Positions 1 through 8,263 of a stretch of 32,000 nucleotides of DNA are shown here, in pieces. The notes under the pieces are model-generated. The model ran no database searches. It was not told the origin of the DNA and was given only the letters and a program-made list of their open reading frames with translations. Made by a program: the position numbers and the translations under genes. How positions within the stretch are numbered: the first letter of the stretch is position 1; each line of letters starts with the position of its first letter. Source of the DNA: Candidatus Nitrospira inopinata (GTDB lineage: Bacteria; Nitrospirota; Nitrospiria; Nitrospirales; Nitrospiraceae); assembly GCF_001458695.1 (NCBI RefSeq), contig NZ_LN885086.1, positions 2,130,001 through 2,162,000 of the forward strand. The letters run 5' to 3'.

Positions 1-1
1 G

Positions 2-1027
2 ATCGGTGGACAGGCCGAGCCGGCCTGGATCGACGACGCCAATCGAAAATATCCTCCGGCCGAGTATCTGACCGGTATGGGACAGGCCGATAATCGGCAA
101 GGCGCGGCCGATCAGGCGTACGCGGCCGTGGCGCGGATTTTCAAGGCGGAGGTGGACGCCCGCGCAAAAGATTGGGAGTCCTATTTTGTGATCGAACGGC
201 GGGGCTCGACGAACGTGGAGCGGAGGTTGACGCTGGAGACCGTCACGAAAGTCTCGACCGACAAGGTGCTTGAGAACGTCAGGGTGCTGGAAACCTGGCA
301 CGATAGGACCAAGGGATTGTACTATGCGTTGGCCGTGCTGAATCGCGCTCAAGCGGAGGCTTCGTTGTTGGATCGGTTGTCGGCGCTGGACAGGACGATT
401 GAGTCGGACATCGCGGAATCGCGGCGCGCGTCGGACAAGTTGATCACGGTTCGCAACCTGCGGAAGGCCGCCGGAAATTTGGTGTTGCGGGAGGTGTATA
501 ATGCCGACCTGCGCGTCGTTCGTCCGAGCGGGCGAGGCGAGGCCTCTCCGTACGACGTGAACGACATATCCAAGGAGCTGGCGCGATTTCTTTCCACCAA
601 CCTGGTGGTGGCGGTGCGCATGGCCGGCGACCACGCCGAAGTCGCTCAACACGCTTTGATGGAAGGATTGATCCGCGAGGGGATCACCGTGACGGCGGGA
701 GCCGGTGAGGGGACGGACGCGGCGTTGACGGCGCAAGGCGTCACCCGACTCTTGCCCGTTGAGGTCCATGATCCCTATTTCAAGTACGTTCGATGGTGCG
801 GCGACGTCGAGGTGCTGGACACAGCGAGCGGCCGCGTTCTGGGCGTTGTTTCACGAGGCGGAAAAGAAGGGCATCTCACGGAGCGGGAAGCGGCGACCAG
901 GGCCTTGCGCGACATGCAGCAACGCCTGTCGTCGGAAGTGGCGGTCCTGATCGCGGCGCATATTTTCGGGGAAGCCGAACTGCCGACGCCGGAGGGAATG
1001 CCGGCCGGTTGTCCGAGAGATGAGTGA
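2..1027 (+). CDS. LPP20-like lipoprotein-family protein, 5' partial (ORF open to the window edge)
   Basis: The frame of track ORF 77..1027 stays open back to nt 2 (IGGQAEPAWIDDANRKYPPAEYLTGMGQAD...). This gives the P-x-W...YP...YLxGxG...A motif I associate with LPP20-family proteins. Amino-acid composition is balanced, unlike the Arg/Pro-rich overlapping frames. Confidence 0.6.
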   Translation: MGGQAEPAWIDDANRKYPPAEYLTGMGQADNRQGAADQAYAAVARIFKAEVDARAKDWESYFVIERRGSTNVERRLTLETVTKVSTDKVLENVRVLETWHDRTKGLYYALAVLNRAQAEASLLDRLSALDRTIESDIAESRRASDKLITVRNLRKAAGNLVLREVYNADLRVVRPSGRGEASPYDVNDISKELARFLSTNLVVAVRMAGDHAEVAQHALMEGLIREGITVTAGAGEGTDAALTAQGVTRLLPVEVHDPYFKYVRWCGDVEVLDTASGRVLGVVSRGGKEGHLTEREAATRALRDMQQRLSSEVAVLIAAHIFGEAELPTPEGMPAGCPRDE

Positions 1028-1082
1028 TCAAAGGGGACGATGCCGTAACGATTCATCTACCATGACGAGGAGGTGTGACACG

Positions 1083-1352
1083 GTGAGCACGATCGGAAAA
1101 TCGCCGGTGAGCAAGGCTCCGCGGAGTCGGGGCAGAGGGTTGACCAAAACGGGCCCGAAAATTTCAAGTCGGTTGGCCAAACAACGGTTGAACGAGCGGT
1201 TGAAAAAAGACACCGAGTCGTTCAATCAGGACAATCTTGCCGTGACCTTGCGGAAGGAAGGTTATGAGGAGTTGCCGCTGGACGAGTTGCAAGATCGTCT
1301 CTCCAAACTGCCGGGGCCGTTGGCGGAAATCATCCTGAAGGGGAGGGTGTAA
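1083..1352 (+). CDS. Small basic protein, putative antitoxin partner of the downstream PIN toxin
   Basis: An in-frame GTG at 1083 lies 9 nt after gaggagg (1067-1073). The stop at 1352 is 4 nt before the PIN gene ATG. The 89-aa product has a Lys/Arg-rich N-terminal half. No known antitoxin fold (RHH, AbrB or Phd) was recognised. Track start 1020 and ATG 1062 are alternatives. Confidence 0.5.
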   Translation: MSTIGKSPVSKAPRSRGRGLTKTGPKISSRLAKQRLNERLKKDTESFNQDNLAVTLRKEGYEELPLDELQDRLSKLPGPLAEIILKGRV

Positions 1353-1356
1353 ACGG

Positions 1357-1800
1357 ATGCCGTACTATTACTTCGACTCGACAGCGTTGGTGAAACGATA
1401 CAGCATGGAACGGGGGACCAGGATCGTCAATAAACTGCTGGTCAAACGGGGAAAGGTCGCCGTTCTTCCGCCCTGGTCCGTGACGGATTTCTATACCGCC
1501 ATGACCACGCGCGCTCAGGAAGGAAAAATCACCAGGGACGACTGCTACTCGGTGCTCTACAAGTTTGAGATCGAGTCGAAACAGGGATTGTTTCATTTCA
1601 TCGTTCCGACCGTCACGACGTATCTCTCGACCAAGGAATTGGCCCTGGAATATCCGTTTCTACGGTCTCCGCAGGTGATGCATCTGGCGCTGGCGTTGGA
1701 ACTCAAGCCGCTCCGATTGACCGTAGTGAGCGCCGATGCCCAGTTGCTGGTTGCCTCAAAAACGGCGGGCCTGCACATCATCAATCCGGAAGAGGATTGA
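1357..1800 (+). CDS. vapC: PIN-domain ribonuclease, VapC-type toxin
   Basis: The N-terminus YYFDSTALVKRY is the classic PIN first-acidic-residue motif, and VVSADAQLL is the C-terminal Asp motif. The product is 147 aa. gggaggg lies 9 nt upstream of the ATG. Confidence 0.85.
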   Translation: MPYYYFDSTALVKRYSMERGTRIVNKLLVKRGKVAVLPPWSVTDFYTAMTTRAQEGKITRDDCYSVLYKFEIESKQGLFHFIVPTVTTYLSTKELALEYPFLRSPQVMHLALALELKPLRLTVVSADAQLLVASKTAGLHIINPEED

Positions 1801-1826
1801 CGGCGGCCGTCCGAAAATCATGACGG

Positions 1827-3482
1827 TCAGGGTTTGTCCGTCGAAAGTTTTTTGCCGAGACGGCGGGCGAGCCGCACCATGCCGGGCGAGCGGTCGTCCG
1901 GGCTGAGCAGCACGTTCAGCAGGTGCGGGCTGCTCCGGTCCGCAAAGGCCGAGGCCAGACGTTCTTCAAACTCTCGTTGCGTCTCGACGCGGGATCCCAC
2001 GCCGCCTCCAATCAGTTCGAAGATCTTGTCGTAGCGCCATTCATGCAGGTCGTTGAACGGCCCTTCCAGGATTTCCCGCTCCGTCGAATAGCCGCGGTTG
2101 TTCAGGACGACGACGATGGGGGCCAGCCCGTATCGGACGCAACTGGCCAGCTCCGTTCCCGTCATTTGGAACGCTCCGTCTCCTACCAGCACAAGGGGAC
2201 GGAGCGCCGGATCGGCGAACGAGGCGCCGAGGGCGGCCGGCACGGCGAATCCCATCGATGTGTAATAGGCGGGAGAGAGAAACTCGAAGCGATGACGCAC
2301 GTGCAGGTCCGCCGCGGCGAACAGCGATTCGCCCACGTCGGCGATGACGACGATCTTGTCCGTCAAGACGCTATCGAGGTGTCGAAACAGACCGTCCAAG
2401 GTGATCGGCGAATCGGGAGCGGGGGGAGGTTGCGGGGTGATGACGTGGGACGGCAGTTTCCGAAGGGGGAAGACCGGAAGAGGAGTCTGCACAAGGGCTC
2501 GCACAAAATCCTGGAACTTGATGGAGTCGAACCGATGATGTTTGATGGCGACCCGGTCGGCCGTGGCGTGGATGGTCCGCCCTTCCGAAAGCAGCGGCGA
2601 GCGCACGTCGAGGTCTTCGACGTCGGAAAGAATCGAACCGAGAATCAGGAGGCAGTCGGACTCGTTGATAAATTGCTGGACTTCCTCCCGTCCGATGAGC
2701 CCTCCATAGACGCCGACGTAGAGGGGATGGTCTTCCCGAATGATGGATTTCCCCAAGAGGGTTGACGCGATCGGAACGTTCATCCGCTCGACCAGCTTGG
2801 CAAGATCGTCTTGCAAACCGAATCGGCCGACCTCCGCCCCCACCAACATGGCCGGCTTCTTGGCCAGGGCCAACATGGACCGCACTTCCGAAACGGCTTC
2901 TTCCAAAGCGGCCGGATCGCTTGGCTCATCCTCGATACAGATCGGTTTCATCGTATTGGGCAGGGGGGTGTGGACCATGTCGCGGGGAATCTCCAGGTAG
3001 ATGGGGCGGCGATAGCGGAGGAGCGCGGCGAACGCCCGATCCATCTCCCGCTCCGCGGTCAGCGGATCATCGAGCGTCACGGCGGCCACCGTCATTCGTT
3101 CGAATACTTCGCGCTGAGTGGAAAAATCACGGACCATATGATGAAGATAGGGAGTGCGCGTCCGCTCCGAAAGCCCCGGCGAGCCGGTTAGCAAGACCAC
3201 CGGCGACCGTTCGGCGTAGGCGCAGGCGATGGCGTTGACGGTGTTGAGCCCGCCGACGCAATAGGTGACGCAGACGGCGCCGATGCCGTTGATGCGGGCG
3301 TAAGCGTCGGCCGCAAAACCGGCGCAGTCCTCTCGAGTCGTGGCGACGTGTTTGATGGGGGACGCTTCGATGAGCTGAAACAGCGAGAGGACGTAGTCAC
3401 CGGGGATGCCGAAAATATGGCGGACGCCGAGCCGATGCAGCCGATCCAACACCGCGGAACCGATCGTCACCTTGTCGTTCAT
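1827..3482 (-). CDS. Thiamine-diphosphate-dependent alpha-keto-acid decarboxylase (indolepyruvate/phenylpyruvate decarboxylase family)
   Basis: HIFGIPGDYVLSLF and CVTYCVGGLNTVNAIA mark the N-terminal Pyr domain. GDGAFQMTGTELA...NNRGY is the TPP-binding GDG...NN motif. I chose ATG 3482 (MNDKVTIGS) because aaggag lies 7 nt upstream; the track start at 3587 adds 35 implausible residues. Confidence 0.85.
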   Translation of the reverse strand: MNDKVTIGSAVLDRLHRLGVRHIFGIPGDYVLSLFQLIEASPIKHVATTREDCAGFAADAYARINGIGAVCVTYCVGGLNTVNAIACAYAERSPVVLLTGSPGLSERTRTPYLHHMVRDFSTQREVFERMTVAAVTLDDPLTAEREMDRAFAALLRYRRPIYLEIPRDMVHTPLPNTMKPICIEDEPSDPAALEEAVSEVRSMLALAKKPAMLVGAEVGRFGLQDDLAKLVERMNVPIASTLLGKSIIREDHPLYVGVYGGLIGREEVQQFINESDCLLILGSILSDVEDLDVRSPLLSEGRTIHATADRVAIKHHRFDSIKFQDFVRALVQTPLPVFPLRKLPSHVITPQPPPAPDSPITLDGLFRHLDSVLTDKIVVIADVGESLFAAADLHVRHRFEFLSPAYYTSMGFAVPAALGASFADPALRPLVLVGDGAFQMTGTELASCVRYGLAPIVVVLNNRGYSTEREILEGPFNDLHEWRYDKIFELIGGGVGSRVETQREFEERLASAFADRSSPHLLNVLLSPDDRSPGMVRLARRLGKKLSTDKP

Positions 3483-3628
3483 CTGTGTGCTCCTTGTTCT
3501 CCGATCGGTCTCAGAAAACCATACCCTCGGTTGTCCGTCAAGCCATGCCCCTATCCATGCGCATAGCTCTCTTGTATGGAGGCGCAAAGCCTCTTGATCT
3601 TTTTCGCCCGGATAAGGATAAGTGACCC

Positions 3629-4822
3629 ATGGCCATCGGCTCCGACGCGGTGACGGCTCGGATCACGCTCAATCGGCAATGGGCCAGGCACGAGCCCGGC
3701 CATCTCTGGGTCTATGCGGGCCACGTCGGTCACGTCGAGGGACGAGCGGCTCCCGGCGATCTGGTCGAAGTCATCCGGCCTGACGGTCGTCGGCACGGAA
3801 TCGGCTTTTTCAATCCCGCCTCGAAGATCATGGTCCGTCTGTTGACGTTCGAGGATGAGCGTATCGACGAGGCATTCTGGAGAAGCAGGATCGACCAGGC
3901 GATTCGTCTGCGGCAACGGGTTGTGAACGGAACGAACGCATATCGGCTGATTTTTAGCGAAGGGGACCGATTGCCGGGCTTGATCGTGGATCGCTACGAT
4001 CACGTTCTGGTGATGCAAACGTTGTCCTATGGGATGGATCGCCGTAAAGACGTACTGGCGGACATCTTGATGCAGGCGACGGGCGTGTCGGCCGTCTATC
4101 TCAGGAACGACGCGAAAAGCCGGAGGCTGGAGGGATTGCCTCTCGAACGGAGGTTTCTCCTCGGCGGAGGGCCGACGGAAATCGAAATCAAAGAAGGGCG
4201 GGCGCGATTTCTCGTCGATATCGAACGGGGGCAGAAGACCGGGTGGTTTTGCGATCAGCGCGGGAATCGGCTGGCGGCGGCGACGCTCGCCGAGGGCGGA
4301 GAGGTTTTGGACGTGTTCTGCCATACCGGCGCGTTCGGCATCCACGCGGCGTTGGCCGGAGCGCGCTCGGTGGAAGGGCTCGACGTCGGCGAGGAGGCAT
4401 TGGCCTTGGCGCGCCGACACACGGTCATGAATCAGATGGAGTCACGATGCCTCTATCGAAAGGTGGACGCCTTCGAGGAAATGCGTAACCTCGTCAAGGC
4501 CGACCGTCGTTATGATCTGGTGATGCTCGATCCCCCGGCCTTCGCCCGGAGCAAAGAAGCGATTCCCCGCGCGCTGGCCGGGTACAAAGACGTCAATCTC
4601 CTGGGAATCAAGCTGCTCAAGCCGGAGGGATTCCTGGTCACCAGCTCCTGTTCGCAACCGGTGTCGGAAGAAGCGCTCTGGGGGGCGATTCGATCGGCGG
4701 CGAGAGACGTCGGGCGGCAGATACGACTTATCGAAAGCCGGGGGCAGGGACTTGATCACCCGGTTCTGGCCGCTATGCCGGAGACACGGTATCTCAAGTG
4801 TTTCATCGCGCAGATCTTTTAG
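3629..4822 (+). CDS. rlmI: Class I SAM-dependent 23S rRNA (cytosine-C5) methyltransferase, RlmI-like (PUA + MTase)
   Basis: The product is collinear with E. coli RlmI motifs: YRLI.SEGD.LPGLIVDRY, GQKTGWFCDQRGNR, LDPPAF, AGYKDVN, SSCS and HPV...PETRYLKC. Confidence 0.85.
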   Translation: MAIGSDAVTARITLNRQWARHEPGHLWVYAGHVGHVEGRAAPGDLVEVIRPDGRRHGIGFFNPASKIMVRLLTFEDERIDEAFWRSRIDQAIRLRQRVVNGTNAYRLIFSEGDRLPGLIVDRYDHVLVMQTLSYGMDRRKDVLADILMQATGVSAVYLRNDAKSRRLEGLPLERRFLLGGGPTEIEIKEGRARFLVDIERGQKTGWFCDQRGNRLAAATLAEGGEVLDVFCHTGAFGIHAALAGARSVEGLDVGEEALALARRHTVMNQMESRCLYRKVDAFEEMRNLVKADRRYDLVMLDPPAFARSKEAIPRALAGYKDVNLLGIKLLKPEGFLVTSSCSQPVSEEALWGAIRSAARDVGRQIRLIESRGQGLDHPVLAAMPETRYLKCFIAQIF

Positions 4823-4949
4823 CTCAGAATCCGCGGGTCGCGGAGGGCTTCGCTCTTGTGCGCGGGCGAAGTCCGAGTTTAAGATGGCGCCCGCAGCAGG
4901 CGAAAACATTGAAGCAAGACAAGAAAATGGTGATGAAGGAGCGCCGAGC

Positions 4950-6389
4950 ATGAAGAACAGGGGATCTGCCGAGCAAACGGGTGCCGTAAGGATCGAGCGG
5001 GATACAATGGGCGAATTGGCCGTGCCGGCCGACGCCTACTATGGGGTGCAAACGGCGCGCGCAATTGAAAACTTTCCCATCAGTTCTTTACGGATGCCCC
5101 GTTCGATGATTCGGGCGATGGGGTTGATCAAGCGGGCGGCGGCGACGGCGAACCATTCGCTGGGTCTCCTCGACAAAAAGATCGCGGACGCCATTTATCA
5201 AGCGGCCGGCGAAGTGGTGGAGGGCAAACTGGATCGCGAATTTCCGGTGGATATTTTTCAGACCGGCTCCGGCACCTCCACCAATATGAACACAAACGAA
5301 GTGATTTCCAACCGGGCCACCGAGCTGCTGGGCGGCGCTCGCGGCAGCAAACTGGTGCACCCCAACGACCATGTGAATCTCGGCCAGTCGAGCAACGACG
5401 TAATTCCCACCGCCATCCATATTGCCGCGTCGGAGACGATCCACCGACACCTTTTGCCGGCTTTGAGTCGCTTGCACAAGGCGCTCGATGGCAAGGCCAA
5501 GGAGTTCGACGGGATCGTCAAGATCGGCCGCACGCATCTTCAGGACGCCACTCCGGTGCGGTTGGGGCAGGAATTCGGCGGCTATGCCCGCCAAATCGAG
5601 CTGGGGATCGAACGGGTGAAGGGGGCGCAAGCGGCGCTGGCCGAAGTTGCTCTCGGAGGAACCGCCGTCGGCACGGGGTTGAACTGTCACCCGGAGTTTC
5701 CGGCGAGGGTTTTGGCGATCATTTCGAAGGAGACCGGCTGTCCGTTCCGAGAGGCGGCCAATCATTTTGAAGCACAGTCGGCGCAGGATTCGCTGGTCGA
5801 AGCCAGCGGAGCCTTGCGGACGGTGGCCGTAAGTCTCATGAAGATCGCCAATGATATTCGCTGGCTCGGGTCCGGCCCGCGCTGCGGGATCGGGGAAATC
5901 TTTTTGCCTGAAACTCAGCCCGGCTCTTCCATCATGCCGGGAAAGGTCAATCCCGTGATTGCCGAATCCGTCACCATGGTCTGTGCACAGGTGATCGGCA
6001 ATGACGTGACGATTACGGTGGGAGGGCAGGCCGCCAATTTTGAATTGATCGTCATGCTCCCGGTCATGGCATATAATCTGCTGCAATCCATCGAGCTGTT
6101 GGCCGCCGTCTCCAATAATTTTGCCGCGAAGTGTGTTGAAGGGATTAAGGCGAATGAAGAACGGTGCCGAAGTTTGATCGAACAGAGTCTGGCCATGTGC
6201 ACGGCCCTGGCGCCGGAAATCGGCTATGAAGCGGCGGCCAAGTTGGCGAAAGAGGCTTACAAGTCCGGACGAACGGTCAGAGAGGTGGCCAAAGAGCAAC
6301 AGGTATTGCCGGAGGCTCGTCTGACCGAACTGCTCGATCCCTGGCGCATGACTGAGCCGGGCGGACCGGTCGGCAGTGCCGGGGGCTAG
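4950..6389 (+). CDS. fumC: Class II fumarate hydratase
   Basis: The product contains the GSSIMPGKVNP signature, FQTGSGTSTNMN, VKIGRTHLQDATP and LMKIANDIRWLGSGPRCGIGE. By recall it is closer to E. coli FumC than to AspA. ATG 4950 has gaaggag 8 nt upstream. The track start at 4752 would overlap rlmI by 71 nt. Confidence 0.93.
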   Translation: MKNRGSAEQTGAVRIERDTMGELAVPADAYYGVQTARAIENFPISSLRMPRSMIRAMGLIKRAAATANHSLGLLDKKIADAIYQAAGEVVEGKLDREFPVDIFQTGSGTSTNMNTNEVISNRATELLGGARGSKLVHPNDHVNLGQSSNDVIPTAIHIAASETIHRHLLPALSRLHKALDGKAKEFDGIVKIGRTHLQDATPVRLGQEFGGYARQIELGIERVKGAQAALAEVALGGTAVGTGLNCHPEFPARVLAIISKETGCPFREAANHFEAQSAQDSLVEASGALRTVAVSLMKIANDIRWLGSGPRCGIGEIFLPETQPGSSIMPGKVNPVIAESVTMVCAQVIGNDVTITVGGQAANFELIVMLPVMAYNLLQSIELLAAVSNNFAAKCVEGIKANEERCRSLIEQSLAMCTALAPEIGYEAAAKLAKEAYKSGRTVREVAKEQQVLPEARLTELLDPWRMTEPGGPVGSAGG

Positions 6390-6445
6390 CCTACGAGGAT
6401 CACCGGCTTTCGAGCCCATCTCTCCTCAGACCTGACGGAGGAAGG

Positions 6446-7177
6446 ATGAGGAAACAAAGGTTCACCGTTGTCGGCAAGACGCTGGGTTCTCTATTCCATT
6501 CCTTTCTTGCGGCGCCGGTTGCCGTTCTCTTCGTAGGATGCGCAACAATAGATCGTCAACCTGCTCAAGGTGAACAGGATCGCGTGGGGTTCACCACCGG
6601 GGCGAGAGGAGAAGACTGTTGCGTGATGGGCAGAGGAACACCGAAGCAAACGGCCTTGGTCCGGGCGGCGACGGGATTACTGGGGCGATCATCGATTCGT
6701 CTCAACGGCCGAGCCTATTCATCGGACTGCTCGGGCCTCGTTCGGGCTGTCTATGCGATGCAGCACATCGACTTGTATAGTGGGTTGGGTGACCTGGATG
6801 GCGGAAACGGCGTGGGACGTATCTATACCCATGTGATGCAACACGGAAGAATTCATTACGGGCCGACCGTTCGTCCGGGAGACGTGGTCTTTTTTCATAA
6901 TACGTGGGATTTTAATAGTGACGGTTTGCCGAACGATCCGCTCACCCACGTGGGAGTGGTGGAGCAGGTGGAACGTGACGGCACCGTGATATTTGTGAGT
7001 TGGGTATCATCGGGCGTTGAGCGGTATCGGATGAATCTTCAACGGCCCGACGTGCACAAGGCCGGGAACGGCCGGATCCTCAATGACTATCTTCGCCGAA
7101 AGGGGACTGGTGACCATCCGACCACTCGGTACTTAACCGGGCAACTCTTTGCTGCCTTTGGAACGTTGTTCCGGTAA
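6446..7177 (+). CDS. NlpC/P60-family peptidoglycan hydrolase lipoprotein
   Basis: The signal peptide carries the lipobox LFVGC. The catalytic Cys motif is SDCSGLVRAVY, with the downstream His in THVGVV. ggaggaagg lies immediately upstream of the ATG. Confidence 0.8.
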   Translation: MRKQRFTVVGKTLGSLFHSFLAAPVAVLFVGCATIDRQPAQGEQDRVGFTTGARGEDCCVMGRGTPKQTALVRAATGLLGRSSIRLNGRAYSSDCSGLVRAVYAMQHIDLYSGLGDLDGGNGVGRIYTHVMQHGRIHYGPTVRPGDVVFFHNTWDFNSDGLPNDPLTHVGVVEQVERDGTVIFVSWVSSGVERYRMNLQRPDVHKAGNGRILNDYLRRKGTGDHPTTRYLTGQLFAAFGTLFR

Positions 7178-7558
7178 TTCTTTTATTATTTTGATTCAGC
7201 AAGAGATCATCAATGAAAGGGCAAAGGGAAGGAGACACATTGGCCTTGCTCAATGGAAAACAGGGAACTGAGAGGAAGCAGGGATCATGAGCAGGTGTTA
7301 AAACTGAAGGAAATCATGTAAAAAAGTTTTCTTTGGACCATTCATCATATCTCATTGAAAATAAATTAAAAAAGAGATCTGTCGATGACTGACGAAGCTG
7401 GAACTGTAAGCGAGATTTACAGTGCGAGAAACTTGTTACAGAAGTAATTTGATAAAGGCGCAAAATTTATCAATCAGTTGCACTGATAACACAGAAAAAG
7501 CATGAAATTTGCTCAAAGTAGAGGAATGCTGATTAGGGGCATAAGAGGGGAGCAGATC
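7178..7558 (+). promoter_or_regulatory. AT-rich (about 23-43% GC in hand-counted 60-nt samples) non-coding leader/promoter region upstream of the sorting-tag gene pair
   Basis: Hand counts give 26/60 G+C for 7201-7260, 14/60 for 7321-7380 and 19/60 for 7441-7500, against about 60% in the flanks. It contains the inverted repeats ttgataaa(7449-7456)/tttatcaa(7466-7473) and ctgtaa(7404-7409)/ttacag(7417-7422). No ORF longer than about 25 codons is present. Confidence 0.5.
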
Positions 7559-8263
7559 ATGAAAACAACAGGAAAAAGGGGAACGGTTTTCGGTGCCATT
7601 GTAGGAGCGGTGAGCATTCTGCTGTTACAGGCGCCGGCCTGGGCGTTGCCGATAGTGTTTAACTTGGGCTATGGGGGGACGGTGTCCTATGGGGGCGGGA
7701 CCAGCGCCTTTACCACGACCAACGGGGTGGTGCGGTCGGTGGGCAATGGGACCACGACCCTGGCGATCACGGGAGGCGATCTGGACTTTGCCACGGGGCT
7801 CTACACGGGCGGGGCGTCGACGGGGACCGGGTTTCAGAACATGTATGCCGCGGGGGGCTCGTTCAGCATTTATGGGAACCTGGGCAGCGGGACGCAATTA
7901 TTATTAGCGGGGACGTTTGCGGAGGCCTCGACCTTTACCTGTTGTGCGGGGGCGTTTCCGGTGTACACGTCGGCGTTCAGTGGGTTATTGCAGGTGACAT
8001 CGCTTAACACGGATTTAGCCGCGGCGTTGGGGTTTAATTTACCGGCGACGGGGGCGTCGTTGGCGCAGGTGCAGATTCGGTTTGGGGCGGCGCCGACGCA
8101 GGCGGGGCAGGCGTTTAGTGGGATTCAGGGGGGCGGGGCCTTAGCGGTGACGGACAGTCCGTCGCAGGGGGTGCCGGAGCCGAGCGTGGTGTTGATGCTA
8201 GCCATGGGGATGCTGGGACTGGTGGTGTGGAAACGGTATGTGGAGGGTAGATCACATGTCTAA
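7559..8263 (+). CDS. Secreted PEP-CTERM sorting-domain protein, paralog 1
   Basis: The signal peptide is MKTTGKRGTVFGAIVGAVSILLLQAPAWA. The C-terminus VPEPSVVLMLAMGMLGLVVWKRY shows the PEP motif, a TM helix and a basic patch. gagggg lies upstream of ATG 7559. The body is Gly/Thr/Ala-rich with a conserved CC pair. Confidence 0.85.
   Translation: MKTTGKRGTVFGAIVGAVSILLLQAPAWALPIVFNLGYGGTVSYGGGTSAFTTTNGVVRSVGNGTTTLAITGGDLDFATGLYTGGASTGTGFQNMYAAGGSFSIYGNLGSGTQLLLAGTFAEASTFTCCAGAFPVYTSAFSGLLQVTSLNTDLAAALGFNLPATGASLAQVQIRFGAAPTQAGQAFSGIQGGGALAVTDSPSQGVPEPSVVLMLAMGMLGLVVWKRYVEGRSHV

Noticed and set aside
4752-4949. Long N-terminal extensions offered by the ORF track for fumC, the decarboxylase (to 3587), tenA (to 10052), tpx (to 12183), pycA (to 16755), the PBP (to 20595), the desaturase (to 24270) and the Sel1 protein (to 31746).
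   Set aside because: In each case an internal ATG aligns with the conserved family N-terminus or signal peptide; most have an SD-like purine tract upstream (weak for the PBP, none for pycA). The extensions overlap neighbouring genes or are Arg/Pro/Ser-rich.
5088-6419. 443-aa minus-strand ORF antisense to fumC. Similar cases are 3551-4420 (minus) antisense to rlmI and 1923-2765 (plus) antisense to the decarboxylase.
   Set aside because: These are Arg/Pro/Gly-rich, low-complexity translations typical of shadow ORFs in GC-rich DNA. The opposite strand carries unmistakable enzyme motifs.
7178-7558. Sigma-54 (TGGCAC-N5-TTGC) promoter upstream of the PEP-CTERM genes, as expected for PrsK/PrsR-regulated PEP-CTERM loci.
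   Set aside because: The candidate GG/GC pairs (tggccttgct at 7241, tggaactgtaagcg at 7399) have the wrong spacing. No acceptable -24/-12 match was found by eye.
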